Position numbers and translations under genes: made by a program
The notes under the pieces: generated by a model
Told to the model about the DNA's origin: nothing
The model's database searches: none
Seen by the model: the letters and a program-made list of their open reading frames with translations, nothing else
Shown here: piece after piece, positions 8,330-17,715 of the stretch
Numbering within the stretch: position 1 is the first letter of the stretch
Layout: every line of letters starts with the position of its first letter
Virus record (IMG/VR): IMGVR_UViG_3300049136_000037
Location: 1 to 42,198 of that record
DNA from: a virus
Lineage: Duplodnaviria > Caudoviricetes
Length of the DNA: 42,198 nt
Strand: one strand, 5' to 3'

Positions 8330-8765
8330 TTATGGCGTCACGGTCACTGCAGAGTAGGAGGCTGGAGAGATAGTCCAGAAGGTAAAGCCCACACTAACGG
8401 ACGTATATGTCAGACCGTCACTCTTCATATAGACGCGGAACTTCTGTACTCCATCAACCGGTGGCAAGGGGTCGTATCGATAAAAGACATCTCCGCCCCC
8501 AGGGGTGGTCAGAATGTTGATAGCGAAATCAAAGGCCCGGGTTTTTTGCAGCAGTATTCGGCGTCAGGGTGATCTCGATGCACTGAGGCGTCGTCGTCAG
8601 GTTGGTTAGCGTGTGATCCACGTTGGTGTTCGGGTTGGCCACCCGGTATATGCGAACCGTGCTCGCGCCGAATGTTTGATCCGCACGTATCTCATCGAGC
8701 GTTCGCCGATAGTAGAGAAGCTTTTCCTCCAGCTGAGCATCGGCTTCCTGATCCAGCCGACTCAT
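8330..8765 (-). CDS. Tail-tip protein, third paralog of a tandem set, broken by a +1 frameshift near 8530-8547
   Basis: ORF 8765-8529 ends at CTT TGA; the +1 frame continues DFAINILTTPGGGDVFYRYDP...SAVTVTP to TAA at 8330-8332, giving about 145 aa like its neighbours. Confidence 0.7.
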
Positions 8766-9229
8766 ACGATCCTCGCGTAGGTCACGGACACAGGAGCGGT
8801 GCTGTAGATACGGGCCTTGAAGTAGAACGTGCTCGCGCTGACCGCGTTTCTAGCCCCGATAGTGAACCAGTACTGCATCACCATTGGATCGTCGGTGATG
8901 AGCTTGTTGTAGAGGATCTGGTAATTGCCCGAGAAGTTGTCCCTATACGGGGTGCTCATGTTTGGTATCCACACTTCCGGCGTAAAGGCGGACAGAAAGC
9001 TGCCGCTATCTGTGGAGGTGGCCGTGACGATGAGGGTTGCAAGGGGCTGGTTACCACCTGCTGAGGCAGCGAGTGCACCTGTGAGGTCATAGGCGATTGC
9101 GCTGGAGTATTCGTACATCCTGGCCTCGGTGTACTGACGGCCAGTTTTCAGTTCGCGAAGAGTGACACCGATGTTCCTGGTGTCTTCCAGAATCTTATTT
9201 TCGGGTTGTTGGTTGATTCTCGTCGTCAT
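8762..9229 (-). CDS. Putative tail-tip/minor tail protein
   Basis: Position after the gp37-like gene; N-terminal coiled coil then beta-rich domain; AGGAG SD. Confidence 0.65.
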   Translation of the reverse strand: MTTRINQQPENKILEDTRNIGVTLRELKTGRQYTEARMYEYSSAIAYDLTGALAASAGGNQPLATLIVTATSTDSGSFLSAFTPEVWIPNMSTPYRDNFSGNYQILYNKLITDDPMVMQYWFTIGARNAVSASTFYFKARIYSTAPVSVTYARIV

Positions 9230-9236
9230 AGGTCTC

Positions 9237-9719
9237 CTAGAATGTCAGCTCCAAGGCAGTGCCCTTACACGACGCCATGACGCGGATCTTCAGGTAGATA
9301 GAGGCACCGCTTGCCCCAGCAGAAACGCCGATGATCCAGGTCATCTTGTTCGGACCAATAAACGGTGATGGTCTGGTCGCTGAGCTGAAGTAATAGGTGC
9401 CGGTGATGTCCCGCTGCTGGTAGTCGGAGAGACGATTCCCGCTCGATGTCCCGTTGTTGTAGATCTGGCAGTACTGGATGCCGTAGGGCTGTGGCTGGGT
9501 GCCGTCACCCGTGAATGTCAGGTAGAAGTAGCGGACCGTGTTCGCCGGAATACTGTGAGCGACGATGTCGAAGGTGTTGCTTGTCTGTGAGGTGAAGGAT
9601 CGTTTGACCAAGCTACTCGCCGTGGGCTGACGGCTCTTAAGCTCAGCTAGATCGTGCTGCAGTCCTTCAAGCGTCGACTTTAGATTGTGTTCGACCTGCT
9701 GGCTAAGCCGATCATTCAT
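9237..9719 (-). CDS. Putative tail-tip/minor tail protein
   Basis: Same architecture as its neighbours; overlaps the upstream stop. Confidence 0.65.
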   Translation of the reverse strand: MNDRLSQQVEHNLKSTLEGLQHDLAELKSRQPTASSLVKRSFTSQTSNTFDIVAHSIPANTVRYFYLTFTGDGTQPQPYGIQYCQIYNNGTSSGNRLSDYQQRDITGTYYFSSATRPSPFIGPNKMTWIIGVSAGASGASIYLKIRVMASCKGTALELTF

Positions 9720-10836
9720 CCTGGTCGACTCCGTAGCTGTCGAAGGTCAGGTCAATCGCACTCTCGAAGTCGTTCTCATCGATAGTCACGTCCATTTTTT
9801 CGATGCGGTAAAGGCCGTCGATATTGGCAAGCCAAGGGTGGTCATTTACCTTCAGCGGTATCCGGTCCCCAACGCCGAGGAACGTACCGCGAATCTCTTT
9901 ACCTGTGACGGTGATCTTAGGAAGCTCCAGGATGTCCTTGGAGAGGGCCACGGCTCCCAAAGTGTTCTGGTCTAGTGTCGGCTGGAGGATGACGCTGTTG
10001 AACTGGACGATATTCTCGCGCACGTAGTACTTCAGCTGGCTAACGGTGTCGACCTGCGTGCTTTGTAGCTGATCTGCGCCAAAACCGGACCCGATGCCGT
10101 AGACCTTGTTGTAGAGATTGATAGCGCTGCGCCCTAGTTGGAAGCCGGCCACGTTACCTAGCGGCCCACCGTAAATGAACTGAATGTCCGTCCGCCTCGC
10201 TCCGATCTGCTCATACGCCCTGAACTGCTTGTCCCAAGTGAAATCAAAGTCGAAGTTGCCGTCCTGAAGCTGGGTGAGTTCCTGAATCTTCAGCTTTACG
10301 TTGTCACGCTGGTAGGTACGGTCGCGCGTGATGCCAGTCGCGTAGGAACTCCCGATCGTGACGCCGACACTGCCGTTTGTTTGCGCCTGAGTCGTTGTAA
10401 GCAGGTCTGAAGCTATTGAAGTTGCTTCCATGCCTGAATACGTCTTGGTGACGTAGCGGTCCTTAAAGAGGTTTAGATAGCCCGTACACGTGATCGTGAC
10501 TCGGTAGTCCGTGGGGTTAACTCCATTACCCGCTCCGCTGTTCTTTAGGTCAAAGGACACATCAATTACTTGGGCGCCAAACAGATACTGACCGTTTCGC
10601 TTCACCTTGATGTCGGTGACGTACGGAGCGATGATCGTGCTTGGATCGATACCGCCGAGATGGTCCCGGCAGTAGGCCTCGAAGGCAAAGAGATTGACGC
10701 TAAAGGTGAGCGTTTCAGCTTCGTTGCGCTGGCGGGTGTAGCGGCGGTCAAAGCAATAGGCAGAGATATCAGCAATACGACTGCCGGTAGCACTCCAGAC
10801 CTCGAACTCATACAGGCGTTTCTTACCGAAGTCCAT
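9712..10836 (-). CDS. Minor tail protein, siphovirus ReqiPepy6 Gp37-like (Tal/hub position)
   Basis: Follows Dit; motifs NKVYGIGSG and GVGDRI...YRIEKMDVTI; typical size. Confidence 0.75.
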   Translation of the reverse strand: MDFGKKRLYEFEVWSATGSRIADISAYCFDRRYTRQRNEAETLTFSVNLFAFEAYCRDHLGGIDPSTIIAPYVTDIKVKRNGQYLFGAQVIDVSFDLKNSGAGNGVNPTDYRVTITCTGYLNLFKDRYVTKTYSGMEATSIASDLLTTTQAQTNGSVGVTIGSSYATGITRDRTYQRDNVKLKIQELTQLQDGNFDFDFTWDKQFRAYEQIGARRTDIQFIYGGPLGNVAGFQLGRSAINLYNKVYGIGSGFGADQLQSTQVDTVSQLKYYVRENIVQFNSVILQPTLDQNTLGAVALSKDILELPKITVTGKEIRGTFLGVGDRIPLKVNDHPWLANIDGLYRIEKMDVTIDENDFESAIDLTFDSYGVDQDE

Positions 10837-11676
10837 CTAGATGCCTCGGTACCCACTCCTCCAGGAGACGGTAGCAACGACAGTGTCGGAGCTGTTTGTG
10901 GAGGTAAGACTGATGCTGTTTTCACCCGGCAGGAGTGCCCACCAGCTACTTGCAATGGTCACACTTGGCAGAACCGATCCACCGTTGAGCAGGACGGTGC
11001 GGTTGTACATGTCGATCACCAGGAGATCGCCGGCAGCTGTAGTGAAGCCATTTAGAGCGAAGAAGTCTCCTGTCGTGGTGTTTGTGATCATTGGGTTGCT
11101 CATCTGATTCGTCAGCGTGATGCGCGGATAAAGCGGGACATCGCCCGTGTTGTTGATGACTGTTGGCGTTGCTCCTGGCTTCCACTCCACCGGATTCCAT
11201 ACAATCGGCCACGTCACTCCCCCGCCCGTTGAAAGATTGACTACTGCACTCATGCCACCTGAAGACGAGTTGTCATAGATGGTCGGATCAGCAGCAATGA
11301 GCGAGATCTTGAATGGTGACTTACTAGCCGCACGGATAATCGGCATGTCCAAGCTGTCGAGGTAGCAGTTGATCAGGTACTGGTTGCCAGCGTTAGTCGT
11401 GATCGTCAGAGCAATCGTGGAACTAGCCACAGCCGCGGCAAGGTTTCTGCGAGCGGTTTCTAGCTCCGCTGCGTCGTTCGAGAAGATTCGTCCGGTCAGA
11501 GTGATTAGGCGCATCCCGTAGAACTGCGCGCTTACATAGCCACCATCTCGGCCGCTGTAGTTGCCAGCTGAAGTACGGACAGGCGGTAGGCCAAGACCTT
11601 CAATTGGTTCGTCCAAATAGCACTGATTGACGCTGTTTGGATCGTTGAGGATGAAGCCGTTTAGTGCGTAAATCAT
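10837..11676 (-). CDS. Distal tail protein (Dit)
   Basis: Directly after the TMP (ATGA overlap); motifs AADP, NTGDVPLYP, WWALLPGENSI. Confidence 0.85.
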   Translation of the reverse strand: MIYALNGFILNDPNSVNQCYLDEPIEGLGLPPVRTSAGNYSGRDGGYVSAQFYGMRLITLTGRIFSNDAAELETARRNLAAAVASSTIALTITTNAGNQYLINCYLDSLDMPIIRAASKSPFKISLIAADPTIYDNSSSGGMSAVVNLSTGGGVTWPIVWNPVEWKPGATPTVINNTGDVPLYPRITLTNQMSNPMITNTTTGDFFALNGFTTAAGDLLVIDMYNRTVLLNGGSVLPSVTIASSWWALLPGENSISLTSTNSSDTVVATVSWRSGYRGI

Positions 11677-13970
11677 GCCAGCGCCAGCCTCCAACCAATG
11701 TCTTTAAGGAAGCGCTGCTCGTCCAAGTTGTTGTGGATGTTTAGGTTCTCGATAGTGATAGTTGGACTGCTGCCTCCTTGAGCTAGCTCGTTACGTGTTC
11801 GGTAGGCGGGAGTGACCTGGGATCCAGCTGGAAGATGCACTCTTTCTGGTCCGTTCTCACCGACGAGCACCGATCCACCAGGGGCATAAGAGGTACCGGT
11901 AGCAAAGCCGAAGCCTTTGGGTAGACCGAAGACGGCGTTTGTTTGGTTCTTTCCGCCAAATCCACCGTTCACGCCCGTCTTGGCATCCTCTTCTTTCGCT
12001 TCACGGATAGCATTAGCCATCGCCTGGTAGCCGCCAGCGGCGCGATAGGCACTGTCCTTCACTGCATCATTGGCTCTAATAACCTCTGCAGCTGCTTCCT
12101 TCTTTTGGCGCTCTGCTTCTTTGGCTTCGTTGGTTCGATCACGAACAGCAGCATTAGCATTCGCGAGCTCGTCATTGGCCCGCTTCAAGTTGTAGGCGGC
12201 TTCCCTAGCCTCAAGAGAACTAGGGCCATAGTTGGCGACCGCATCGTTATACGCACGCTGTGCTCGTTCAACCGCGAGTGCTGCGCCTTCTTGACTCAGG
12301 TATGCGCCGCTCAATCTGTCCTGGGCGTCTTTCGCCATGTTCGTAGTCTGCGTCAATCTGTCCTGAGCCGCTTTCAACGCGTCTGTAGATAGAGTCGTGC
12401 GATCACCCGTAAGTACGACTTGGGTGTAGGCGGTAACGATTCCGATAGCAGCGCTTGCAACTAGAGCCATGGGATTGAGGCGCATGGCAGTGTTCAAGGC
12501 AAGCTGGGCAACAGTCATTGTCTGTGTTTTAAGAGTTGCCGCGCCGACGATGAGGTTGTAGCTGACTATTCCCGCCGTCAAAGCCACAAGGACCGGCGTT
12601 GCTTGACTGAGCTGACTTGCTAGAGAGCTGAAGGTGCGGATGGCCACTTCAACTACTCGCAAGGCGGCGTAGACAGCCACGACTAAGGCCCCACCGATGT
12701 ACCGAACGATGTCGCTCCTGGCTACCGCCTTTAGAGCGGGGATGAGCGCATTCGCGATGGAATCTCCAAGACCTACAAGTGCTGGATTGAGGACTCCGAG
12801 GACCGTTTTAGCCGTTCCCTTCAGTGCCTGGAAGGCCGGCTCAACCTTGTTGCCCAAGGTGGTGGCCATACTAGTGAGGGTAGGAAGAACTTTCATACCG
12901 ACATCAATGGCTACAGTTTCCAGGGAGCTCTTGAGGGCATCTAGTGCCCCATTGAAGCCTGCGTTTTGAGCGGCTGCCAGCGCTGCTGCTGCACCTTGCT
13001 TCCCCACTGCGGCCGACATGGCGTCATAGCCCTGAACACCTTCCTTAATCAGGATGTTGGCAGCACGAGATGAGTCAGCCCCGAAGATTTGCTCAATGTG
13101 AAGAGCCTTCTGTTCGTCGGTCAGGTTCTTAGTGCCTTCTTCCAACTGACGGATCATGTCTCGTAGACCCACGAAGTTGCCCTTGGAGTCGTAAAAGTCC
13201 AGGTTCAAAGCCTTGAAAGAAGCCTTCGCCTTATCCGTTGTCGGGATGAGGTTCATGAACATCGTCTTTAGTGACGTGCCGGCGTCTGAGCCCTTGATGC
13301 CGTTGTTGGCCATTTCCCCTATGGCGGTAGTTAGGTCTTCGACCGGCACCTTCACCGCAGCGGCGTTAGCACTAGACATCGCCAAGCTGTAGGCAAGGTC
13401 CTTTACGTCCGCACTGGAAGCGTTGGCAGCCGCAGCAAGTAAATCCGCAACCCTGGTTGCTTCTTCGCCCTTTAGCCCGAAGGAGTTCAAGGCGTTAGCC
13501 GCAATCTCGGCAGCGGCAGCAGTATCCATCTGACCGGCCTTAGCGAGGGAGAGAACGCCTTTAGAAGCTGCCATCGTGTCGTTGACCGACAAGCCAGCTT
13601 TCCCGAGCTCAACCATGGCCAGAGCTGCATCTTTTGCGCTGATACCTGGGAGGCTGATGTCCTTGCCGAGCTCCCTGGACCGGGCGGCGACTTGGTTCAT
13701 CTGCTCGACCGTTGCGCCAGAGACAGACTGGAAGATGCTGAGTGACTGTTCGTAATCAGCGGCGCTTGATATGGCAAACTTCGCCGATAGGACTGCAGCT
13801 GCGCCGGTTGCAGCGGCGGCTACGCCCGCTACTCTTCCTAGTCCGCCGAGAGCCGAGCTGAAACGAGTGGAGCTTTGCGTTCCATTGTCCATCTGATCAG
13901 AGATGTCTCTGAGTGGCTTAGATGCCTTATCTTCGGCGGATATAACGATATTGATTTTGTTTGAAGCCAC
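11673..13970 (-). CDS. Tape measure protein (TP901-type core)
   Basis: Ala-rich 765 aa; GIKGSDAGTSLKT motif; C-terminal FATGT...VGENGPE. Confidence 0.95.
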   Translation of the reverse strand: MASNKINIVISAEDKASKPLRDISDQMDNGTQSSTRFSSALGGLGRVAGVAAAATGAAAVLSAKFAISSAADYEQSLSIFQSVSGATVEQMNQVAARSRELGKDISLPGISAKDAALAMVELGKAGLSVNDTMAASKGVLSLAKAGQMDTAAAAEIAANALNSFGLKGEEATRVADLLAAAANASSADVKDLAYSLAMSSANAAAVKVPVEDLTTAIGEMANNGIKGSDAGTSLKTMFMNLIPTTDKAKASFKALNLDFYDSKGNFVGLRDMIRQLEEGTKNLTDEQKALHIEQIFGADSSRAANILIKEGVQGYDAMSAAVGKQGAAAALAAAQNAGFNGALDALKSSLETVAIDVGMKVLPTLTSMATTLGNKVEPAFQALKGTAKTVLGVLNPALVGLGDSIANALIPALKAVARSDIVRYIGGALVVAVYAALRVVEVAIRTFSSLASQLSQATPVLVALTAGIVSYNLIVGAATLKTQTMTVAQLALNTAMRLNPMALVASAAIGIVTAYTQVVLTGDRTTLSTDALKAAQDRLTQTTNMAKDAQDRLSGAYLSQEGAALAVERAQRAYNDAVANYGPSSLEAREAAYNLKRANDELANANAAVRDRTNEAKEAERQKKEAAAEVIRANDAVKDSAYRAAGGYQAMANAIREAKEEDAKTGVNGGFGGKNQTNAVFGLPKGFGFATGTSYAPGGSVLVGENGPERVHLPAGSQVTPAYRTRNELAQGGSSPTITIENLNIHNNLDEQRFLKDIGWRLALA

Positions 13971-13989
13971 GTGGTAAATCTCAGGACAG

Positions 13990-14570
13990 CTAATTCATAG
14001 GTTGCTGTCTTATGTTTTCCAATTTAACACGTTCATCATCGAGCGACCATATCAATCGAGCCTGATAAAGTGCCTCCCAAGGCTCGTTCTCTAGTTCCAC
14101 TGCACTCAGATGGAAGCGTTCCCGGTACCTGAATTGAAAGAGCTCATCTAATAGATCTGCAGGCATTCCGGCTGCAAGATCGTGAACGATGTAATCACGA
14201 TAGTGAGCTTCGAGTTGCTCTAGATCCTCGCTTTTAAACGGTCGTTACCCGTAGCAACACTGACCGCTTCCTGGAGCCAGGAGAAGTTCATTGCTTCAAC
14301 AACGTCGGGAACATCAGTCGGTGCCACTTCTACAGGGCTGGCGACACCATTCTCGTCTGTACTCATGACGACGCCGCCCACGATGATCTCTAAGCACGCA
14401 CCGCGGATAACCCCGCTGGCATTCTCATCGTCAGTGCCTTTTTCAAGGCTTGCAAGCCACTCTTTGCGCTTCGTTTCACTTGCAGAGCGAATCAAGAGAT
14501 AGCAGTCATCCCAGCCCTCAGCAAAACCCTTTAAACTCATCTTTCGCTTAGCAACGATATATAGCGCCAT
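13990..14570 (-). CDS. Tail assembly chaperone G (14570-14220) and G-T fusion via programmed -1 frameshift ending at 13990
   Basis: In-frame slippery heptamer T TTA AAA (14238-14232); the -1 frame is open for 80 codons (SEDLEQLEAHYRD...QQPMN); lies between major tail and TMP genes. Confidence 0.88.
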
Positions 14571-14584
14571 AAAACCCTTTCAAT

Positions 14585-14623
14585 TAAAAATATGCCTCTA
14601 GTTAAACACGAGGCATATTTTTA
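14585..14623. terminator. Intrinsic terminator after the major tail gene
   Basis: TAAAAATATGCCTC / GAGGCATATTTTTA 14-bp inverted repeat. Confidence 0.75.
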
Positions 14624-14634
14624 GTAAAGCCGAA

Positions 14635-15606
14635 CTATACTGCTACGTAGCTTGGTCGAGTATTTTTCAAGATAGGAACATTTGATGCTCCAACCGCCTC
14701 GTCATACTCACAGAAGAACTGGACCGTCGCGGTGACCACCGAGTTCTTGTCTGTAGATTTCGACAGCTCGCGGTAGCGAACCTTAGTCGCTGTGATCTCT
14801 AGGCTTTCATTGCCGTTGACTAGGGAGATCCGCAGGGCTCTGATCGTGTTAGCCAAGAAGGCTTCTTCGTATTCCGTAGACTTCAAACGAACCACGAACT
14901 CACCGTTTGCTTTGTAGCTGCCAAGGTCGAACTCGACAGCATCCTTCGGCGCGCCGAGGGGAGAGGCAGCCTCAGATGGGCGAGACGACAAGAACTTGAG
15001 GCCCAAGGCACTGACTGCAGCAGCACCGGCTAAAGCTCCGCTGTTATCAGCGATCTTGAGCGTGATGTTCTCGCTGGTGAAGAGTTTTTGACTGGTGGTA
15101 GCCACAGTCTCCGTAGATGTGACACCTGTCCGCGCCTTAACTGCTGAAGAGAAGGTGACGTAGCCATTCTGCTCTGCGTTGATTTCAAGCGTTTCGAAGA
15201 CGCCATACGAGTGCCGCTGCGACTGCAGAGGGCTCGATATAGCTAGTGTCACCGTCGTCGGGATGCTCGACTGCTTCAAGCTGCCCGTGTGTGGATAGAT
15301 ACCTCCGACAGCTGCGCCCGTCGTGATAGACCCATAGTGACCCAGTATGAAAAACCCCATGTCTACCGCGCTGATCTTGCCACCTAGCGTGCCTTCAACC
15401 CAGCGTGAGGTGGTTGCACTGTCGTTGACTTCATCGACGACTCCCATAGCGCTGTCATTCTCAACCACGTTCGTCTTTGGCTGTAGATCAATAACATCCC
15501 AGCGCAGGAAGGTCTGAGGGGCTACTCCTGCTCCTGGTGTGGATGGGCTTTCAATCCCAATACCTACGCCTATTCGTCTTGCTATATGTTGATCAGCTGT
15601 TGCCAT
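14635..15606 (-). CDS. Major tail (tube) protein
   Basis: About 320 aa upstream of chaperone and TMP; N-terminal GIGIES-PG motif. Confidence 0.8.
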   Translation of the reverse strand: MATADQHIARRIGVGIGIESPSTPGAGVAPQTFLRWDVIDLQPKTNVVENDSAMGVVDEVNDSATTSRWVEGTLGGKISAVDMGFFILGHYGSITTGAAVGGIYPHTGSLKQSSIPTTVTLAISSPLQSQRHSYGVFETLEINAEQNGYVTFSSAVKARTGVTSTETVATTSQKLFTSENITLKIADNSGALAGAAAVSALGLKFLSSRPSEAASPLGAPKDAVEFDLGSYKANGEFVVRLKSTEYEEAFLANTIRALRISLVNGNESLEITATKVRYRELSKSTDKNSVVTATVQFFCEYDEAVGASNVPILKNTRPSYVAV

Positions 15607-15763
15607 CACCTACCTCTTCTTGATTAGTTTTTTCATCTGCGATGGCTGCTTCAACGTCTGCTAGATCCGCCACTTCAACCGTTTTGCCGAGTGAAGGGAC
15701 AAAGAAAGGCTGAGTGTGAGCTTTTACCGCAGGAGTTTGCTTCTTTGTGGATTTATTAGCCAT
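15593..15763 (-). CDS. Small hypothetical virion-module protein
   Basis: ATG 15763 just after TACATT; stop overlaps the major tail start. Confidence 0.6.
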   Translation of the reverse strand: MANKSTKKQTPAVKAHTQPFFVPSLGKTVEVADLADVEAAIADEKTNQEEVGDGNS

Positions 15764-15800
15764 GTCTTTAATGTAAGGCAATTACTGCTAATTTAAAAGG

Positions 15801-16310
15801 CTAGGATTGGACCGGGATATCGACGGGATAGCTGATAGGGAAAGTAATGTGACCCTCTGCCGTAAGGTCGGCTAAGCCCTCGCCCGATACTCGAGGATTG
15901 ATACCGTATTGAACGTTCATAGTCCCCGCGATAGCAGTAATGCCCTCTGTTGCCATGGTTCTAATGGCACCTTTGACCGTGCGAGGTAGATAGAAGCCCG
16001 TCTCCTGGTCACGCTCCCCCACGAAGTTTCGTATCTTCCGCTCAGTCATATTGAGCGGGTTCACCTTGTCACCGTCAAAGTCGTCGCGCTTGTCGAGGAC
16101 AATCTTCACCGTGATCTGATCGGTCACTTCATCCTGCTGCCAAGAGTCAGCTTCAGTCTCATCACTGGTCTGCGTCACGATGATGCAGGGCAGGTTGAAC
16201 AAGGGAATGGCCTCAGGGTCGCCGTCGTAGTACGTCTTGAAGGTGTCACCAAAGGTGTCCTTCATGAGATGGAGGATGCGTGGGACGTTGTTTTCGTACG
16301 GACTAGACAC
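15801..16310 (-). CDS. Putative tail terminator / neck protein
   Basis: GTG 16310 overlaps the upstream stop; positional synteny; LPCIIV motif. Confidence 0.6.
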   Translation of the reverse strand: MSSPYENNVPRILHLMKDTFGDTFKTYYDGDPEAIPLFNLPCIIVTQTSDETEADSWQQDEVTDQITVKIVLDKRDDFDGDKVNPLNMTERKIRNFVGERDQETGFYLPRTVKGAIRTMATEGITAIAGTMNVQYGINPRVSGEGLADLTAEGHITFPISYPVDIPVQS

Positions 16311-16752
16311 CGGCTGCCTGCATCTTTCCGTTGATGTCCTCTGCGATGTAGTCAACGACTCGGCGTTCACGCTGATCATCGACGTGCATCATGACGCGCT
16401 CTGGCAAACCACGGCCCTCCTGGTGGTAATCGAAATACTCTGCTTCATTCCAAAGACTCGCGGTGAGCTTGGTCGATTTGTGCTTGAAGGATCGGTTCAT
16501 GAGTCCAGACCGGATGAGGGGTGGTCGACCTGGGAAGGTCCGCGCCTTGAAGCCAGCGTAGTTGTCGTTAAGCGCTGCCCAGGGCTTGCCGAACACCTGA
16601 CCGCGCGAAGCAAAGACTTCTCCCGAGAAAAACCTGGTGTGATAGCGGCCGGATTCATCCATAGAGTCGCTGAGGTCTATTACCGAGACACCAAACTTGC
16701 GCAGCTTCCGGACCAGCTCCGTGTCACCTTGGACAGTGATCTGGTACGTCAA
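16303..16752 (-). CDS. Phage virion morphogenesis protein (Mu gpG-like tail completion)
   Basis: KPWAAL...PLIRSGLMNRS...YFDYHQEG.GLPER motif pattern. Confidence 0.8.
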   Translation of the reverse strand: MTYQITVQGDTELVRKLRKFGVSVIDLSDSMDESGRYHTRFFSGEVFASRGQVFGKPWAALNDNYAGFKARTFPGRPPLIRSGLMNRSFKHKSTKLTASLWNEAEYFDYHQEGRGLPERVMMHVDDQRERRVVDYIAEDINGKMQAAGV

Positions 16753-17645
16753 AACTTGTCTCCCATATGGAAGAACCGTGGCGCGTCATCGTCGGGAGTG
16801 CCTGGATAGCCAGTGATGGATTCCGATGTAGATAGTGCTGTACCAGCATCGTCAGTAAGGATGGAGGCACCGAGCCTATAGGTGTCAATAGCCGCCCTTG
16901 CATCCTTGAGCTTCTGGCGGCTTGAGGCGTTCCCGTAGGCACTGTCCAGGAGGAATGCAGAAGCTAGTTGAATAGTCAGCGTCCTGATAATCTCTGGCAC
17001 CTGAGTAAATGGAACGGTATAGGCGCCGCTCAGTGACGCGTTGATCTCTGCCTCGGCGTCACGGCGCTTTTGCTCGATGACGCTGTCAGCCAAGTTGGTA
17101 GCGTTCTGGAAGCCCGCTTCATTGCGAATCTCAGACAGGCTGGCGTAGTGGGCGAAGTCGTCGCCCCGGAAGGCATCTGATGGCGCAGTCTCTTCTAGGG
17201 TGATCGGGTTGAAGTAGGTGTATCGATACCAGAAAGCACTGGAGCCGGTTGAGTCCCGGTAGTAGGTGGACATCTGATCTGGATCGATTGTCCTGGTTGT
17301 CAGGACAGTGAACTGGTCGTCGGCTGGTACGGTCCCGTCAACGTTTGGAGCGCGGTATATATGAATCGAATCGCCGAGTACGGCTGTGACAGGCTCATAG
17401 CGCGCGTGTGGCAGCTTGAGTGCTTCGGACAGACTGATCGTCATCTCATCAACCATGGCGTCAATGACGGCCTTCTCACAGCCTTCTAACGAAAGATGGC
17501 CGACGTAGATTGGTTGGCCGTCAACAAGTCCTTGAGTACTGCGCAAGAGCAGCGTTGTGGATTCGGGAACGTAATCAAGACTAAGTTCACTGCGTTCAAC
17601 AATGTTTGATTCGTGGAATGAGTCTATTCGTAGGATTGTTGCCAT
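16749..17645 (-). CDS. Head-tail adaptor with C-terminal Mu gp36 (DUF1320)-like domain and long N-terminal extension
   Basis: YASLSEI...DAEAEINASLSGAYTVPFTQVPEIIRTLTIQLA in the C-terminal ~130 aa. Confidence 0.75.
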   Translation of the reverse strand: MATILRIDSFHESNIVERSELSLDYVPESTTLLLRSTQGLVDGQPIYVGHLSLEGCEKAVIDAMVDEMTISLSEALKLPHARYEPVTAVLGDSIHIYRAPNVDGTVPADDQFTVLTTRTIDPDQMSTYYRDSTGSSAFWYRYTYFNPITLEETAPSDAFRGDDFAHYASLSEIRNEAGFQNATNLADSVIEQKRRDAEAEINASLSGAYTVPFTQVPEIIRTLTIQLASAFLLDSAYGNASSRQKLKDARAAIDTYRLGASILTDDAGTALSTSESITGYPGTPDDDAPRFFHMGDKF

Positions 17646-17715
17646 GTCTGTTTCTATTTAAACATCAGGCACCAGCAATTAAAAGGCTAAGAATTCACCC
17701 TGATAGTCTTATCTG

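Noticed and set aside
8541-8547. Canonical -1 slippery heptamer A AAA AAC in the tail-tip gene
   Set aside because: The -1 frame stops after about 10 codons; the real continuation is in the +1 frame.
7277-9719. Diversity-generating retroelement or shufflon acting on tail-tip genes
   Set aside because: No reverse transcriptase or invertase gene, and no template/variable repeat pair noticed in the window.
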